The notes under the pieces: model-generated
The model's database searches: none
What the model was told of the DNA's origin: nothing
The model's input: the letters and a program-made list of their open reading frames with translations, nothing else
Part shown: positions 9,077-18,844 of the stretch, piece after piece
Layout of the letters: each line of letters starts with the position of its first letter
Numbering within the stretch: the stretch's first letter is position 1
DNA from: an uncultured Acidobacteriaceae bacterium
GTDB lineage: Bacteria > Acidobacteriota > Terriglobia > Terriglobales > Acidobacteriaceae
Direction: 5' to 3'
Assembly (NCBI GenBank): GCA_963832765.1
Contig: CAWHVI010000017.1
Span: forward strand, 17,900-81,899
Length of the DNA stretch: 64,000 nucleotides
Translations under genes and position numbers: made by a program

Positions 9077-9736
9077 ATGTCCTTACGCATTAACGATATC
9101 GCTCCGAACTTCACTGCCGAAACCACTCAGGGAACGATTAACTTTTACGATTGGATCGGCAGCGGATGGGCCGTACTGTTTTCCCATCCGAAGGATTTCA
9201 CACCCGTATGCACCACGGAACTTGGCTACATGGCCGGGCTGCAGCCGGAGTTTGCCAAGCGCAACACCAAGATCATTGGACTCAGCGTGGACCCGGTGAG
9301 CAGCCATGGAAAATGGGCAGTGGACATCGAAGAAACGCAAGGCCACAAAGTGACGTATCCGATGATCGGCGATCCGGAACTGAAGATTGCGAAGCTCTAC
9401 GACATGCTGCCGGCGGAAAGCGGCAACAGTTCCGATGGCCGCACGGCCAATGACAACGCCACCGTGCGCACGGTGTTCATCGTCGGGCCGGATAAAAAAA
9501 TTAAATTGATGCTCAGCTACCCCATGAGCACGGGGCGCAACTTCGACGAAATTCTGCGCGCGCTGGATTCGATCCAGCTCACGGCGAAGCATCGGGTTTC
9601 TACGCCGGTCAATTGGAAGCGCGGTGAGGATGTGATTCTGGGCGGAGCGATTTCGAACGAAGAGGCAGCGAAGCTCTATCCCGGGGGATGGAAGTCGCCC
9701 AAACCGTACATTCGGATTGTGCCGCAGCCCGAATAA
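9077..9736 (+). CDS. 1-Cys peroxiredoxin (Prx6-like)
   Basis: FSHPKDFTPVCTTELG peroxidatic-Cys motif, full-length similarity to the Prx6 subfamily, AGGAGA RBS. Confidence 0.9.
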   Translation: MSLRINDIAPNFTAETTQGTINFYDWIGSGWAVLFSHPKDFTPVCTTELGYMAGLQPEFAKRNTKIIGLSVDPVSSHGKWAVDIEETQGHKVTYPMIGDPELKIAKLYDMLPAESGNSSDGRTANDNATVRTVFIVGPDKKIKLMLSYPMSTGRNFDEILRALDSIQLTAKHRVSTPVNWKRGEDVILGGAISNEEAAKLYPGGWKSPKPYIRIVPQPE

Positions 9737-9820
9737 GGCGGAGCCAGGCAGTGCCATGACTGAAGTAATGGCGCGCGATGTTGACGGGAGCGGTTAAGGG
9801 CGGCTAGCCTTGTGCAGTGC

Positions 9821-9918
9821 GGAAGTGCATGCGGTCCGGTGATCGCCCCGGTCCTCAAAACCGGTGGTCGTTCTCGCAAGAGGGCGACGGTAGGTTCGAC
9901 TCCTACTCGCTTCCGCCA
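9821..9918 (+). tRNA. selC: tRNA-Sec (anticodon TCA)
   Basis: 98 nt. It closely parallels E. coli selC: GGAAG... acceptor, 6-bp D stem GCGGTC/GATCGC with a 4-nt loop, anticodon loop CCTCAAA, a 9-bp variable arm capped by GCAA, T arm GTAGG-TTCGACT-CCTAC, and CCA. Confidence 0.85.
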
Positions 9919-10146
9919 GTTTTGAAGTCCTTTCTGAGTAGCCAGCCGGCTGCTGCGTGACCCCCGCCCTGAGTTACATTCCCTATCGCGGCCATGAAGT
10001 TACTTCTCCAAAGTAGGTACGGCAGGAACCAGGTTAGGGCTGGGACCAAAGCGAAGTGGGGCCCAGTCGATCAAAATAGCCCAAGCAAGTGGTGTGAGAA
10101 TGCCGCTGCTCAATCATGGGAAGTGTCCTAAAATCGAGCTATTGCT

Positions 10147-11136
10147 ATGGCGGATAGCTTCGAACCCGGCCGTGGAGAGCAGAAAATCGGGCGCGGGTGT
10201 TGTGCGCCCCCATCGCATTCCGGACGTTGCGCACTGCCGCACGCAGGCGACGAGCCGCCTCGCCGGGAGCCCGGCCCGGCGATTCGTTCGCGTATGGTTG
10301 AACTTCCCGGCGGCGCTTTCCTCATGGGGACCGATTTCCCCGATGGCTTCCCTGACGATGGCGAGGGACCGGTGCGGGAGGTCTTTCTCGATCCGTTCGC
10401 AATCGATCGTTATCCGGTGACGAACGAGCTTTTTGGGCAATTCGTCAAATCCACGGGATATCATACCGATGCGGAACGGTGTGGATGGTCTTTTGTCTTC
10501 TGGGCACATGTTCCGCGGCGCAGGTTCTCCGAACTGGTCGAAGATACGGTAGCGGTTGCGCCGTGGTGGTGCAAAGTAAGAGGCGCGGCGTGGAATGCGC
10601 CCCAAGGGCTGGGCTCCAGTGTCGCGGACCGGCAGAATCATCCGGTGGTTCACCTCTCCTGGTCGGACGCAGCAAAGTTTGCAGCTTGGGCCGGCCAGCG
10701 CCTCCCGACAGAAGCCGAGTGGGAGTATGCCGCGCGTGGCGGTTTGGTCCAGGAGCTTTATCCATGGGGAAGCAAGCTGCAACCGGATGGGAAACACCTC
10801 TGCAACATCTGGCAGGGCGAATTTCCCCGGCGCGATACCGGGGCAGATGGATATACCGGGACCTGCCCGGTAGATGCATTTCCACCCAATGGTTTCGGGC
10901 TCTACTCTGTTACCGGCAATACCTGGGAGTGGTGTGCAGACTGGTTCGATGCCGAATTTCACCGTACCGCTGACCGGCACAATCCCCAGGGACCCCTTCA
11001 AGGGAGTGGGCGCGTGATGAAAGGCGGGTCTTTTCTTTGCCACAAGTCGTACTGTAACCGGTATCGTGTGGCCGCCCGCACTTCCAACACCCCAGACAGC
11101 TCAGCTTCCAATATTGGTTTTCGATGCGCGGTCTAA
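10147..11136 (+). CDS. Formylglycine-generating enzyme (SUMF1/FGE family)
   Basis: Strong similarity along the length to aerobic FGEs (RLPTEAEWEYAARGG, NIWQGEFP, GGSFLCHKSYCNRYRVAAR, NIGFRCA). No signal peptide. Start uncertain (10147 or 10294). Confidence 0.9.
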   Translation: MADSFEPGRGEQKIGRGCCAPPSHSGRCALPHAGDEPPRREPGPAIRSRMVELPGGAFLMGTDFPDGFPDDGEGPVREVFLDPFAIDRYPVTNELFGQFVKSTGYHTDAERCGWSFVFWAHVPRRRFSELVEDTVAVAPWWCKVRGAAWNAPQGLGSSVADRQNHPVVHLSWSDAAKFAAWAGQRLPTEAEWEYAARGGLVQELYPWGSKLQPDGKHLCNIWQGEFPRRDTGADGYTGTCPVDAFPPNGFGLYSVTGNTWEWCADWFDAEFHRTADRHNPQGPLQGSGRVMKGGSFLCHKSYCNRYRVAARTSNTPDSSASNIGFRCAV

Positions 11137-11201
11137 CCTTTTAAGAGTTTCGCCAGATTAGGGCGTGCACAAGTTACATTTCAAAACGGAGGCCAGGTCC
11201 G

Positions 11202-12737
11202 GTGAGCATCAATCGAAGGCATTTACTGAAGTCAATTACAGCTATTGCAGGAGCCATAGCGTTGCGCTCTGGCAAGGCACAGGCGGATGCCAAACCGAAA
11301 GGTGACTCTCCACGCCGGCCCAACCTGCTTGTGTTCCTCACAGACGACCATGCGCAGTGGCTACAAGAGGCATATGGCAATACGGAAGTACAGACACCGA
11401 ATCTAACCCGACTTGCCCGGAACGGCGTCCGCATGTCGAATGCGTTTACCACCTGCCCCATCTGCTCCCCATCGCGTGCCAGTTTCTTCACCGGCCGCAT
11501 GCCATCGCAGCACGGCATTCACGATTGGCTCGACGAAAGCAAGCAGTCCTACGACTATCCGTGGCTAAAGGACCAAACGCTCATTTCAGAGCTGTTGAAA
11601 GAAGCGGGATACCACACAGGCCTGGTGGGGAAGTGGCACTGCGGACAGGACCGGTATCCTCATCCGGGATTCGATTATTGGTTCACGTTCTGGGACACGC
11701 AATACCCACATGCCGGAAAACAGAATTTCTCGGACAACGGGAAGCAGCTTCGGGCCGATGGATTCCAATCCTCGCTGTTCACCGATCGGGCCATCTCCTT
11801 CCTGCGGTCTCACCGCGAGAATGAAGCTGACGCCAGGAAACCTTTCTTCTTGTTTATCAGCTATACAGATACGCATATTCCCCATGTGCAAATGCCATCC
11901 GACCTCGTGGCGAAGTATCAGGGCGCGACCTTCCGCGACATTCCTGTGGAAACCTTCCCCAGTTCTCATGGCGCGCCGTACATTCCAGTTTCAAAAGATC
12001 CAGTTGTGGAACGTACATTGCGCGAAGAGTACTATGCCGCTGCGTCTTCCATTGACCGAGAGGTGGGTAGGGTGCTGGACGCGCTCGCGACATTTGGATA
12101 CATGGACGATACACTGATCGTGTATACAAGCGATCACGGCCTGAATGCGGGCCAGCACGGGATGTGGGAGAAGGGGAATGCAACATCGCCACAGAATTTC
12201 TTTGACGAGTCGATCCGTGTGCCGTGTGCGCTTTCATGGCCGGGCGGAGGACTCCCCCGCGGACTGGATTGCGATCTCCCGGTGAACCATTGTGATCTGT
12301 TTGCCACACTGCTGGATGTGGCAGGGGCCACGCCCGATCCGGCAACCGCCAGAAAAATAAACTCCCCCGGGCGTTCGTACTTGTCCCATATCCGCGGTAA
12401 GCCTGAAAGCAAATGGAAGGACGACGTTATTTGTGAGTACGGAAACGCCAGGATGATGCGTCAAGATGGCTATAAGCTGATCCTGCGCTATCCCTACAAC
12501 GGAATGCAATGGGCCAGCGAGTTCTACGACCTGAGGGCGGACCCGCGCGAGACCATTAATTTGTATTCAAGCCCCACCCTCGAGCAGTCTCAGATCGTAG
12601 CCCGGATGAGCAAAGCAATCGACGATTACTTCGCTACCTATACGGTGCCTGACCACGATGGACTGCATCTGGAAACGCAACCGGTTACATCGACCTTTGT
12701 CCCGTGGTTGCAGCGGCTAAAAGCCCCCAAGGACTGA
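11202..12737 (+). CDS. Cys-type sulfatase with a twin-arginine signal
   Basis: NRRHLLK Tat motif, sulfatase signature CSPSRASFFTGR, LVFLTDDH metal site, GGAGG RBS before the GTG. Confidence 0.9.
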   Translation: MSINRRHLLKSITAIAGAIALRSGKAQADAKPKGDSPRRPNLLVFLTDDHAQWLQEAYGNTEVQTPNLTRLARNGVRMSNAFTTCPICSPSRASFFTGRMPSQHGIHDWLDESKQSYDYPWLKDQTLISELLKEAGYHTGLVGKWHCGQDRYPHPGFDYWFTFWDTQYPHAGKQNFSDNGKQLRADGFQSSLFTDRAISFLRSHRENEADARKPFFLFISYTDTHIPHVQMPSDLVAKYQGATFRDIPVETFPSSHGAPYIPVSKDPVVERTLREEYYAAASSIDREVGRVLDALATFGYMDDTLIVYTSDHGLNAGQHGMWEKGNATSPQNFFDESIRVPCALSWPGGGLPRGLDCDLPVNHCDLFATLLDVAGATPDPATARKINSPGRSYLSHIRGKPESKWKDDVICEYGNARMMRQDGYKLILRYPYNGMQWASEFYDLRADPRETINLYSSPTLEQSQIVARMSKAIDDYFATYTVPDHDGLHLETQPVTSTFVPWLQRLKAPKD

Positions 12738-12954
12738 AGGATACAGTCGGTGAACGGAATCGTTAGCGGTCGCTTCAGGGAAACGGAGAGGAAGATCTGA
12801 ACCCTGTCGAGCCCTTGCCGCGCATGGCGGGGCTTGGCAATCCATTGGCGGCTTTCAAGCCTTTGGATTACTCAAGCAGAGTTTTTTAGCGTCCGGGCTG
12901 CAAGTATGCCCTGCCCACTTGCCTTGCGGCGCTAAAATACGCGGGGAGTCAAAC

Positions 12955-14295
12955 ATGTTCACCCGTCACGTCACAGCGGTAACGTACGGTCTAGCTCTGG
13001 TATTGGGAGTCGGTGTTTTATCCGCCAACACCGCGGCCGCCCAAAACGCATACCAGCCCTCCGCCGCCAACCTGCAGGCGCGGGGAGAGTTTCAGGATGC
13101 CAAGTTCGGCATGTTCATCCACTGGGGCGTGTACAGCGTGCTGGGCGCGGGGGAATGGGTATTTCACGAGCGCAAACTTACGCTGGATGAATACAACAAG
13201 CTGCCGGCCTTTTTCGACCCTGAAAAGTTCGATGCCAAGACCTGGGTGGCGCTGGCCAAGTCAGCGGGCATGAAGTACATCACCATTACGTCGCGCCATC
13301 ATGACGGTTTCGCCATGTTCGATTCGAAGGTCTCGGACTGGAATATTGTCCAACGCACCCCATACGGGAAAGACCCGTTGAAAATGCTGGCGGATGAATG
13401 TCACCGGCAGGGGATCAAGCTCTTTTTCTATTACTCGCAGCTCGATTGGCACAATCCCGACTACTATCCTCGCGGCAGGACGGATTGGAACAACGGCCGC
13501 CCCGACCATGGCGACTTCAATGCGTATCTCGATAATTACATGGACGGGCAGCTCCGCGAGTTGCTCACCAACTACGGGCCGGTTGGTGGCATCTGGTTCG
13601 ACGGCATGTGGGACAAGCCGGATGCAGACTGGCACCTTGCCAAAACCTATGCGCTCATTCATCAACTGCAGCCAGCGGCGCTGATCATTCCGAATCATCA
13701 TGAGAAACCGAAGCCGGGCGAAGATGTGCAGACTTTCGAGCGCGATCTGCCCGGCCGGAATACTGCCGGCTTCAATACCAACTACGTGAGCAGTGAATTG
13801 CCGCTCGAGAGCTCGGACACGCTGAACGAATCCTGGGGATTCAACATCGGAGACAGCCATTACAAAAGCCCCGCCGAGCTGGAGCGGAGACTGGTGCGGG
13901 CGGCAGGCAGCAATTCGAATCTACTGCTGAATATCGGTCCCATGCCGAACGGCGAAATTCAGCAGGAATTCGTTACGCGTCTACATGCGGTGGGCGAGTG
14001 GCTTTCCAAATACGGAGATTCGATTTACGGGACTCGCGGCGGGCCCATCCCGCCCGGCGACTGGGGAGTGACCACGCAAAAGAGAAATCGGATCTACGTA
14101 CATGTGCTGAACTGGGGAGCGCCTTTGCTTGCGTTGCCACCGATCACGGGCAAGGTGTCATCGGCGCAGTCGCTGATCGAAGGCGCGCCAGTGTCTTTCA
14201 CGCAGAGCGGCGCCGGCCTGATTCTAAAGCTCCCGCCGTCCCGGGAAGAGACGATAGACCGGGTCATCACGCTTACCATGGCCGACGGAAATTGA
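12955..14295 (+). CDS. Alpha-L-fucosidase (GH29), secreted
   Basis: FGMFIHWGVYSV, ITSRHHDGFAMFDS and YYSQLDWHNPDY motifs, with an N-terminal signal peptide. Confidence 0.85.
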   Translation: MFTRHVTAVTYGLALVLGVGVLSANTAAAQNAYQPSAANLQARGEFQDAKFGMFIHWGVYSVLGAGEWVFHERKLTLDEYNKLPAFFDPEKFDAKTWVALAKSAGMKYITITSRHHDGFAMFDSKVSDWNIVQRTPYGKDPLKMLADECHRQGIKLFFYYSQLDWHNPDYYPRGRTDWNNGRPDHGDFNAYLDNYMDGQLRELLTNYGPVGGIWFDGMWDKPDADWHLAKTYALIHQLQPAALIIPNHHEKPKPGEDVQTFERDLPGRNTAGFNTNYVSSELPLESSDTLNESWGFNIGDSHYKSPAELERRLVRAAGSNSNLLLNIGPMPNGEIQQEFVTRLHAVGEWLSKYGDSIYGTRGGPIPPGDWGVTTQKRNRIYVHVLNWGAPLLALPPITGKVSSAQSLIEGAPVSFTQSGAGLILKLPPSREETIDRVITLTMADGN

Positions 14296-14318
14296 AGCTA
14301 TGATGGGTGATTGTTCCC

Positions 14319-16016
14319 TTACTCGCTTTCAGTGGTTTTCTGCATTGGGGCTGCGCTTCCGTCTACGTCCACAACCTGTACCAGCTTTAGCCGGATTGCA
14401 TTTTCGTTGAGGGTCGCAGCCGGGTCGGCGGGACGGACACTCTCCACCTGAAATCTGGGACGTAGAGACGAAATTCGACGTGCGATCAATTCCGGGCGGC
14501 CTTGTGAGGGAGTAAGTAGTGTGCTGCGAACGTTGGCGCGATCCTTCCAGGGATTGAGAAAACGAGCCATTTTTTTCAATTCTGTGGCGCTGGCCTGAGA
14601 AGAATTCTTGCCGAAGCGGATATCGAAGGCGGAAACATCAGCCATCTCCAGGGTGGCAATGATCCGAACGTCAGCCTTAAGTTCCTTTCCCAGTGCTGCA
14701 GAAGCAACTTTCCACGCCAGATCGTCCGTCATGGTCGCTTCCTGGGCGGAGACATCCACGCGCAGCTTCCCTCCGGTTTCGACGCCGAGGCTGTTGACGG
14801 TCAACTGGCGGACTCCAGCGGGGCTGAGGAGCGGATGCAGGATGGACTGGACTTTATCCTGCATTCTGGACAGTGTCTCAGCCGGCGCCTGGGCAAACTC
14901 AGGAGCGCCTTCCGGGCGGACCACACCGCCGGCTACGAAATCATTGCTGCTCACGGTGGGATGAACCGGTGGGGAAGTTATCTCGTGCGCCAGTTGGACC
15001 TGTTGCACGATCAGGCGAGCCGGAGCTCTGAGCCTGGCCGCAATCGCCGCTTCGGCCGAATTGATTTCATGGGGTTCGATGAAGCGTTCGGTTTGCACGG
15101 CGCTGTCCACCAAAACGGATTTGCGTTCGGCCTTGATGTCCATGCTGGCCAGACGTCGGCCGGGACGGTCAAACTGTTCGTGCAGGACAATGGCAACTTC
15201 TCTGCGGATGCGCGCCTGTTGCGCGGCTCCCAGAAGAGTCCGCAACAACGGGATGGAGAGAGCGAGAAGGACGACGCTGGCGATAGCGATTCTCCAGCGC
15301 ACGAATACTGAGTGTTTTTCCGTCAATTTCAGCTGCTTCGGACGAAATCCGATCAGCAGGAACACTAAATCGGCACTAATAACGATGGCGGTGAAGTTAG
15401 TGAAGAAGAGCATGAAGGCGCCGCCGGCCACGTGCCATTGCCGTGTGCTCAGGCCATATCCGACCGTCGCTAAGGGAGGCATGACTGCGGTTGCGATGGC
15501 GACGCCAGGCAGAATCGTAAGGCCGCCCTTTCGCGAGGAGAGGGCCAGGGTCCCGGCCAGCCCGGAAAAAAAGGCGATCAACAAATCCATCAGATTTGGG
15601 GTGGTGCGAGCCAGAATTTCGGGGGTGGCGTCCTTGAGCGGTGACATGGCGGCTGCCAGGGCGGCAATTACGATGGTCTCGCCAATGCTGAGGAGGGAGT
15701 TTTTAGCCGCTTTGGTTCCCAAGTCCCAATCCGCCAACGTGAGTGCCAGTCCGCAAGAAAGGATGGGTCCCATTAGGGGCGAAATCAGCATGGCCCCGAT
15801 GATGACTGCCGGGCTGTTTAGGAGCAGCCCTAATAATGCAATCAGGCAGGCGAACACCAGCATGGCGAAATAAACGAAATTGAACTGGCGTCCTTCGCAA
15901 GCGTCCTGATAAATTTCCTCGCGAGACCGGAAAAGCATGCGAATAGCGGCGAGTTTCGTTTGCAGTCGTTCCAGAAGGGCCCGGGAGATGGGGAAGCCTG
16001 TAACGATCGTTGGCAT
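14319..16016 (-). CDS. DUF389-family membrane protein with a long C-terminal extension
   Basis: The N-terminal half (NSPAVIIGAMLISPLMGP... multiple TM segments) resembles DUF389/TIGR00341. The C-terminal ~250 aa are not recognised. Confidence 0.6.
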   Translation of the reverse strand: MPTIVTGFPISRALLERLQTKLAAIRMLFRSREEIYQDACEGRQFNFVYFAMLVFACLIALLGLLLNSPAVIIGAMLISPLMGPILSCGLALTLADWDLGTKAAKNSLLSIGETIVIAALAAAMSPLKDATPEILARTTPNLMDLLIAFFSGLAGTLALSSRKGGLTILPGVAIATAVMPPLATVGYGLSTRQWHVAGGAFMLFFTNFTAIVISADLVFLLIGFRPKQLKLTEKHSVFVRWRIAIASVVLLALSIPLLRTLLGAAQQARIRREVAIVLHEQFDRPGRRLASMDIKAERKSVLVDSAVQTERFIEPHEINSAEAAIAARLRAPARLIVQQVQLAHEITSPPVHPTVSSNDFVAGGVVRPEGAPEFAQAPAETLSRMQDKVQSILHPLLSPAGVRQLTVNSLGVETGGKLRVDVSAQEATMTDDLAWKVASAALGKELKADVRIIATLEMADVSAFDIRFGKNSSQASATELKKMARFLNPWKDRANVRSTLLTPSQGRPELIARRISSLRPRFQVESVRPADPAATLNENAIRLKLVQVVDVDGSAAPMQKTTESE

Positions 16017-16481
16017 GATCGTGGCCGAAAAATAGCCTAACTAGCGAATTTCTGCAAATAGGGGCCGAGGAATCTTTCTTTGATTTTTCGGTAAGTAAAT
16101 GATAATATTGGTTTTACCGATGTCAAGAAAAAGCCGAATACTGTTAACTATCTTGCTTCTCACGGCTTTGGCAGCGGTGTGCTTTGCCCCTTCGGTAAGT
16201 CTGGAACCCAGCGCATTAAGGGCTCCGCGAGCAGCCGCGCTGTTGATGCTTGCCATCTTCGTTGTTTCTCGTTCATTTGTCAGCTCTCGTGTGGCTTTTT
16301 CGGTTCGGAAATATGGTAAACACGACCGGTCCCGGGACGTAGTTTTGCCTGCCGAATCGAATTTGATTGACCTGCACTGCTCTCGTCTCTGCTAATTCGG
16401 CGCTTTTAGGCATCAGGCGCGCGGCCGTAACCGAGTCGCGCTTTCAGCCCCTTTCTAGAACGCGCGCCATCAGGAGGCGGA

Positions 16482-17276
16482 ATGAATACAATAAATATTA
16501 CAGAGGCTGCTCAACAGCTTTTCATTCGTCTTGCCGAGGCAGAGCAGCGGGTACTGCTTCTCGATTACGACGGCACTATTGCCCCTTTTACTCCCCAACG
16601 GGACGAAGCGGTGCCTTACCCAGGGGCGGGAGAACTCCTGCAACGGATTCTGGCCGAGACCAACACCCGCATCGTAATGATCACAGGACGGGCGGCATGG
16701 GATTTGCGCTCCTTGCTTCACTTGTATCCAAGCCCCGAGATTTGGGGCAGCCATGGGATGGAGAGACTTTGGCCGAGTGGGAACTACGAAATGGCGGAAG
16801 TCGACGAGAGAGAGCTTCGAGGCATGACGGCGGCACGCAGCGCGATCTCGAAACGGGACCTGCAGGATCGCATCGAAAACAAGCCGGCCGCGGTGGCGTT
16901 GCATTGGCGCGGGTTAAACGCGTCGAAAGCGGAAGCTGCCCGGGATGTGGCGCTGCAGGCGTGGCAGCCGATCGCCGAGAAGTCCGGTCTTCGCCTGGCG
17001 GAATTCGATGGCGGATTGGAATTGCGCTATTCGGACCATAACAAAGGCCATGCAGTACGCAAGGTGCTAGACGAAATGGGGCAAGATAGTGTGGTCGCTT
17101 ATCTGGGGGATGACCAAACAGATGAAGATGCTTTTCGCGCCCTTCGGCCGCAGGACTTATCCGTCCTGGTCCGCCCGGAGTTTCGTGAAACATCCGCTCA
17201 ATTGTGGATCAAGCCTCCTGAGGAGCTTTTACAGTTCCTTGGAGAATGGCTTACGACGTGTGGAGGTGTACTATGA
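16482..17276 (+). CDS. otsB: Trehalose-6-phosphate phosphatase
   Basis: HAD motif LLLDYDGTIAP and a later GDDQTDEDAF. ATGA overlap with otsA. Confidence 0.85.
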   Translation: MNTINITEAAQQLFIRLAEAEQRVLLLDYDGTIAPFTPQRDEAVPYPGAGELLQRILAETNTRIVMITGRAAWDLRSLLHLYPSPEIWGSHGMERLWPSGNYEMAEVDERELRGMTAARSAISKRDLQDRIENKPAAVALHWRGLNASKAEAARDVALQAWQPIAEKSGLRLAEFDGGLELRYSDHNKGHAVRKVLDEMGQDSVVAYLGDDQTDEDAFRALRPQDLSVLVRPEFRETSAQLWIKPPEELLQFLGEWLTTCGGVL

Positions 17277-18772
17277 GCCGACTTCTTATCGTATCCAACC
17301 GATTGCCACTCACCGTGCAAAAACCGAGCAACGGGGGTGGAGTGGAGGTAAGTTCTGGAGGTCTGGTTACCGCGCTACGTTCCGTGGTGCGGCAGCGGGA
17401 AGGCTGCTGGATTGGCTGGGCGGGCACTGACCGGGACCCGGCCATCGAACAGCGCCTGCGGACCGATATTGCGCTGGATTCTTGCCGCATGGTGCCCTTG
17501 TTCTTGTCCAAGGATGAGCAGCAGGATTTTTACTGCGGATTCTGCAACGAAATTCTTTGGCCGTTGTTTCACGACCTGCAATCGCGGTGCAATTTCGAAC
17601 CCGCCTACTGGCAGCGGTACTTAAAGGTAAACGCCCGTTTTGCGGACGTAGTGTGTTCGGAAGCCCGCCCCGGCGATCTGGTGTGGATTCACGACTACCA
17701 CCTCATGCTGCAGGGCAAGTTGCTCAGCGGCCGCATTGGACGCAAGCGGCTCATGTACTTTCACCACATCCCGTTTCCTCCGGCCGATGTGTTTGAGAAG
17801 CTCCCGTGGAGGCAGGAAATTCTGGAATCGCTGTTGAGCTTCGGTACGGTGGGCTTTCAGACGATCCGAGACCGCAGAAATTTTGTCAGTTGTGTACGGC
17901 GTTTCCTGCCGGCAATGAAAGTGAGCCGAGCGGGCTTCCACCTGTCGATCGGGCGGAACAGCGACCGGGCGGTTGTGGGGGCATTTCCGATTGCTATCGA
18001 CTTCAACGAGTTCGCCGATCTTGCAACCAAGCCGGAAGTGGTTCAGCAGAGGGAGCAGGTTCGCAAGAATCTGAAAAACTGCCGGATTGTTCTGGGTGTG
18101 GACCGGCTGGACTATACCAAGGGTGTTCCGGAGCGGCTCAAAGCCTTCCGCAACCTGCTCATCCGGTATCCTGGGCTGCACCGGAATATCAGCCTAATCC
18201 AAATCGTGGTGCCCAGCCGGGAAGATATTCCCAAATACCAGGAACTGAAGATGCAAGTGGAACGCCTGGTCACCGAAATCAATGGCCACTTTGGTCGGAC
18301 GAGCTGGGTTCCGGTGCACTATCAGCACCGTCACTTATCGCGGGAGGAGTTGGTGGCCTACTACGGCGCTGCCGACATCGCGCTGATAACCCCGCTCAAG
18401 GACGGCATGAACCTGGTGGCCAAGGAGTTCTGCGCCTCCCGAGTGGACGAGAAGGGGGTGCTGGTTCTCAGTGAATTTGCCGGCGCAGCCAGTCAGTTGC
18501 GAACGGGAGCGTTGCTGGTGAATCCCTACGATACAGAAAAAGTCGCATCTGCCATCTATGAGGCATTTCACATGAGCCCGGCAGAGATGCAGCGCCGCAT
18601 GCGGCGGATGCGGCGTAGAGTTTCTGTGGAAGACGTGCACCGCTGGTGCAGTCAGTTTTTCGAACAGGGCTCTCGAATCGGCGTGGATGAAGACGAGGAA
18701 GCGCTGGGGGATGGTCCTCGAATGCCGGGAGGCGAGCAGAAGATCACCTTAGCGGCCGCTATGGGAGAGTAG
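17273..18772 (+). CDS. otsA: Trehalose-6-phosphate synthase (GT20)
   Basis: [31 protein letters not shown] and DGMNLVAKE motifs. Confidence 0.9.
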   Translation: MSRLLIVSNRLPLTVQKPSNGGGVEVSSGGLVTALRSVVRQREGCWIGWAGTDRDPAIEQRLRTDIALDSCRMVPLFLSKDEQQDFYCGFCNEILWPLFHDLQSRCNFEPAYWQRYLKVNARFADVVCSEARPGDLVWIHDYHLMLQGKLLSGRIGRKRLMYFHHIPFPPADVFEKLPWRQEILESLLSFGTVGFQTIRDRRNFVSCVRRFLPAMKVSRAGFHLSIGRNSDRAVVGAFPIAIDFNEFADLATKPEVVQQREQVRKNLKNCRIVLGVDRLDYTKGVPERLKAFRNLLIRYPGLHRNISLIQIVVPSREDIPKYQELKMQVERLVTEINGHFGRTSWVPVHYQHRHLSREELVAYYGAADIALITPLKDGMNLVAKEFCASRVDEKGVLVLSEFAGAASQLRTGALLVNPYDTEKVASAIYEAFHMSPAEMQRRMRRMRRRVSVEDVHRWCSQFFEQGSRIGVDEDEEALGDGPRMPGGEQKITLAAAMGE

Positions 18773-18793
18773 AAAAAGGGCACGCCTGGAGGA

Positions 18794-18836
18794 GCAGTTG
18801 CTCTGCGCGACGAAAGCTCATGCGCAGAGTAGCTGC
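18794..18836. terminator. Imperfect hairpin between convergent otsA and ackA
   Basis: GCAGTTGCTCTGCGC ... GCGCAGAGTAGCTGC with an 8-bp perfect core, followed by TTTC on the plus strand. Confidence 0.35.
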
Positions 18837-18844
18837 TTTCGACC

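Noticed and set aside
9077-9736. Peroxiredoxin as a selenoprotein served by the adjacent selC
   Set aside because: The peroxidatic residue is encoded by TGC (PVCTTE). There is no in-frame TGA and the ORF is uninterrupted.
10114-11043. 309-aa minus-strand ORF
   Set aside because: It is antisense to the formylglycine-generating enzyme gene and shows no domain signal.
16099-16395. 98-aa ORF (MSRKSRILLTILLLTALAAVCF...) in the AT-rich spacer before otsB
   Set aside because: It has a signal-like N-terminus but no RBS, odd composition and no recognisable family. I left it unannotated as unresolved rather than calling it a gene.
9919-16500. Genomic island integrated at selC
   Set aside because: I saw no integrase or recombinase gene and no direct repeat of the tRNA 3' end by eye. 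The idea is kept only as a low-confidence remark in the findings.
16367-17041. 224-aa plus-strand ORF overlapping otsB in another frame
   Set aside because: The otsB frame carries the HAD motifs. The alternative frame is Arg/Gly-rich with no motifs.
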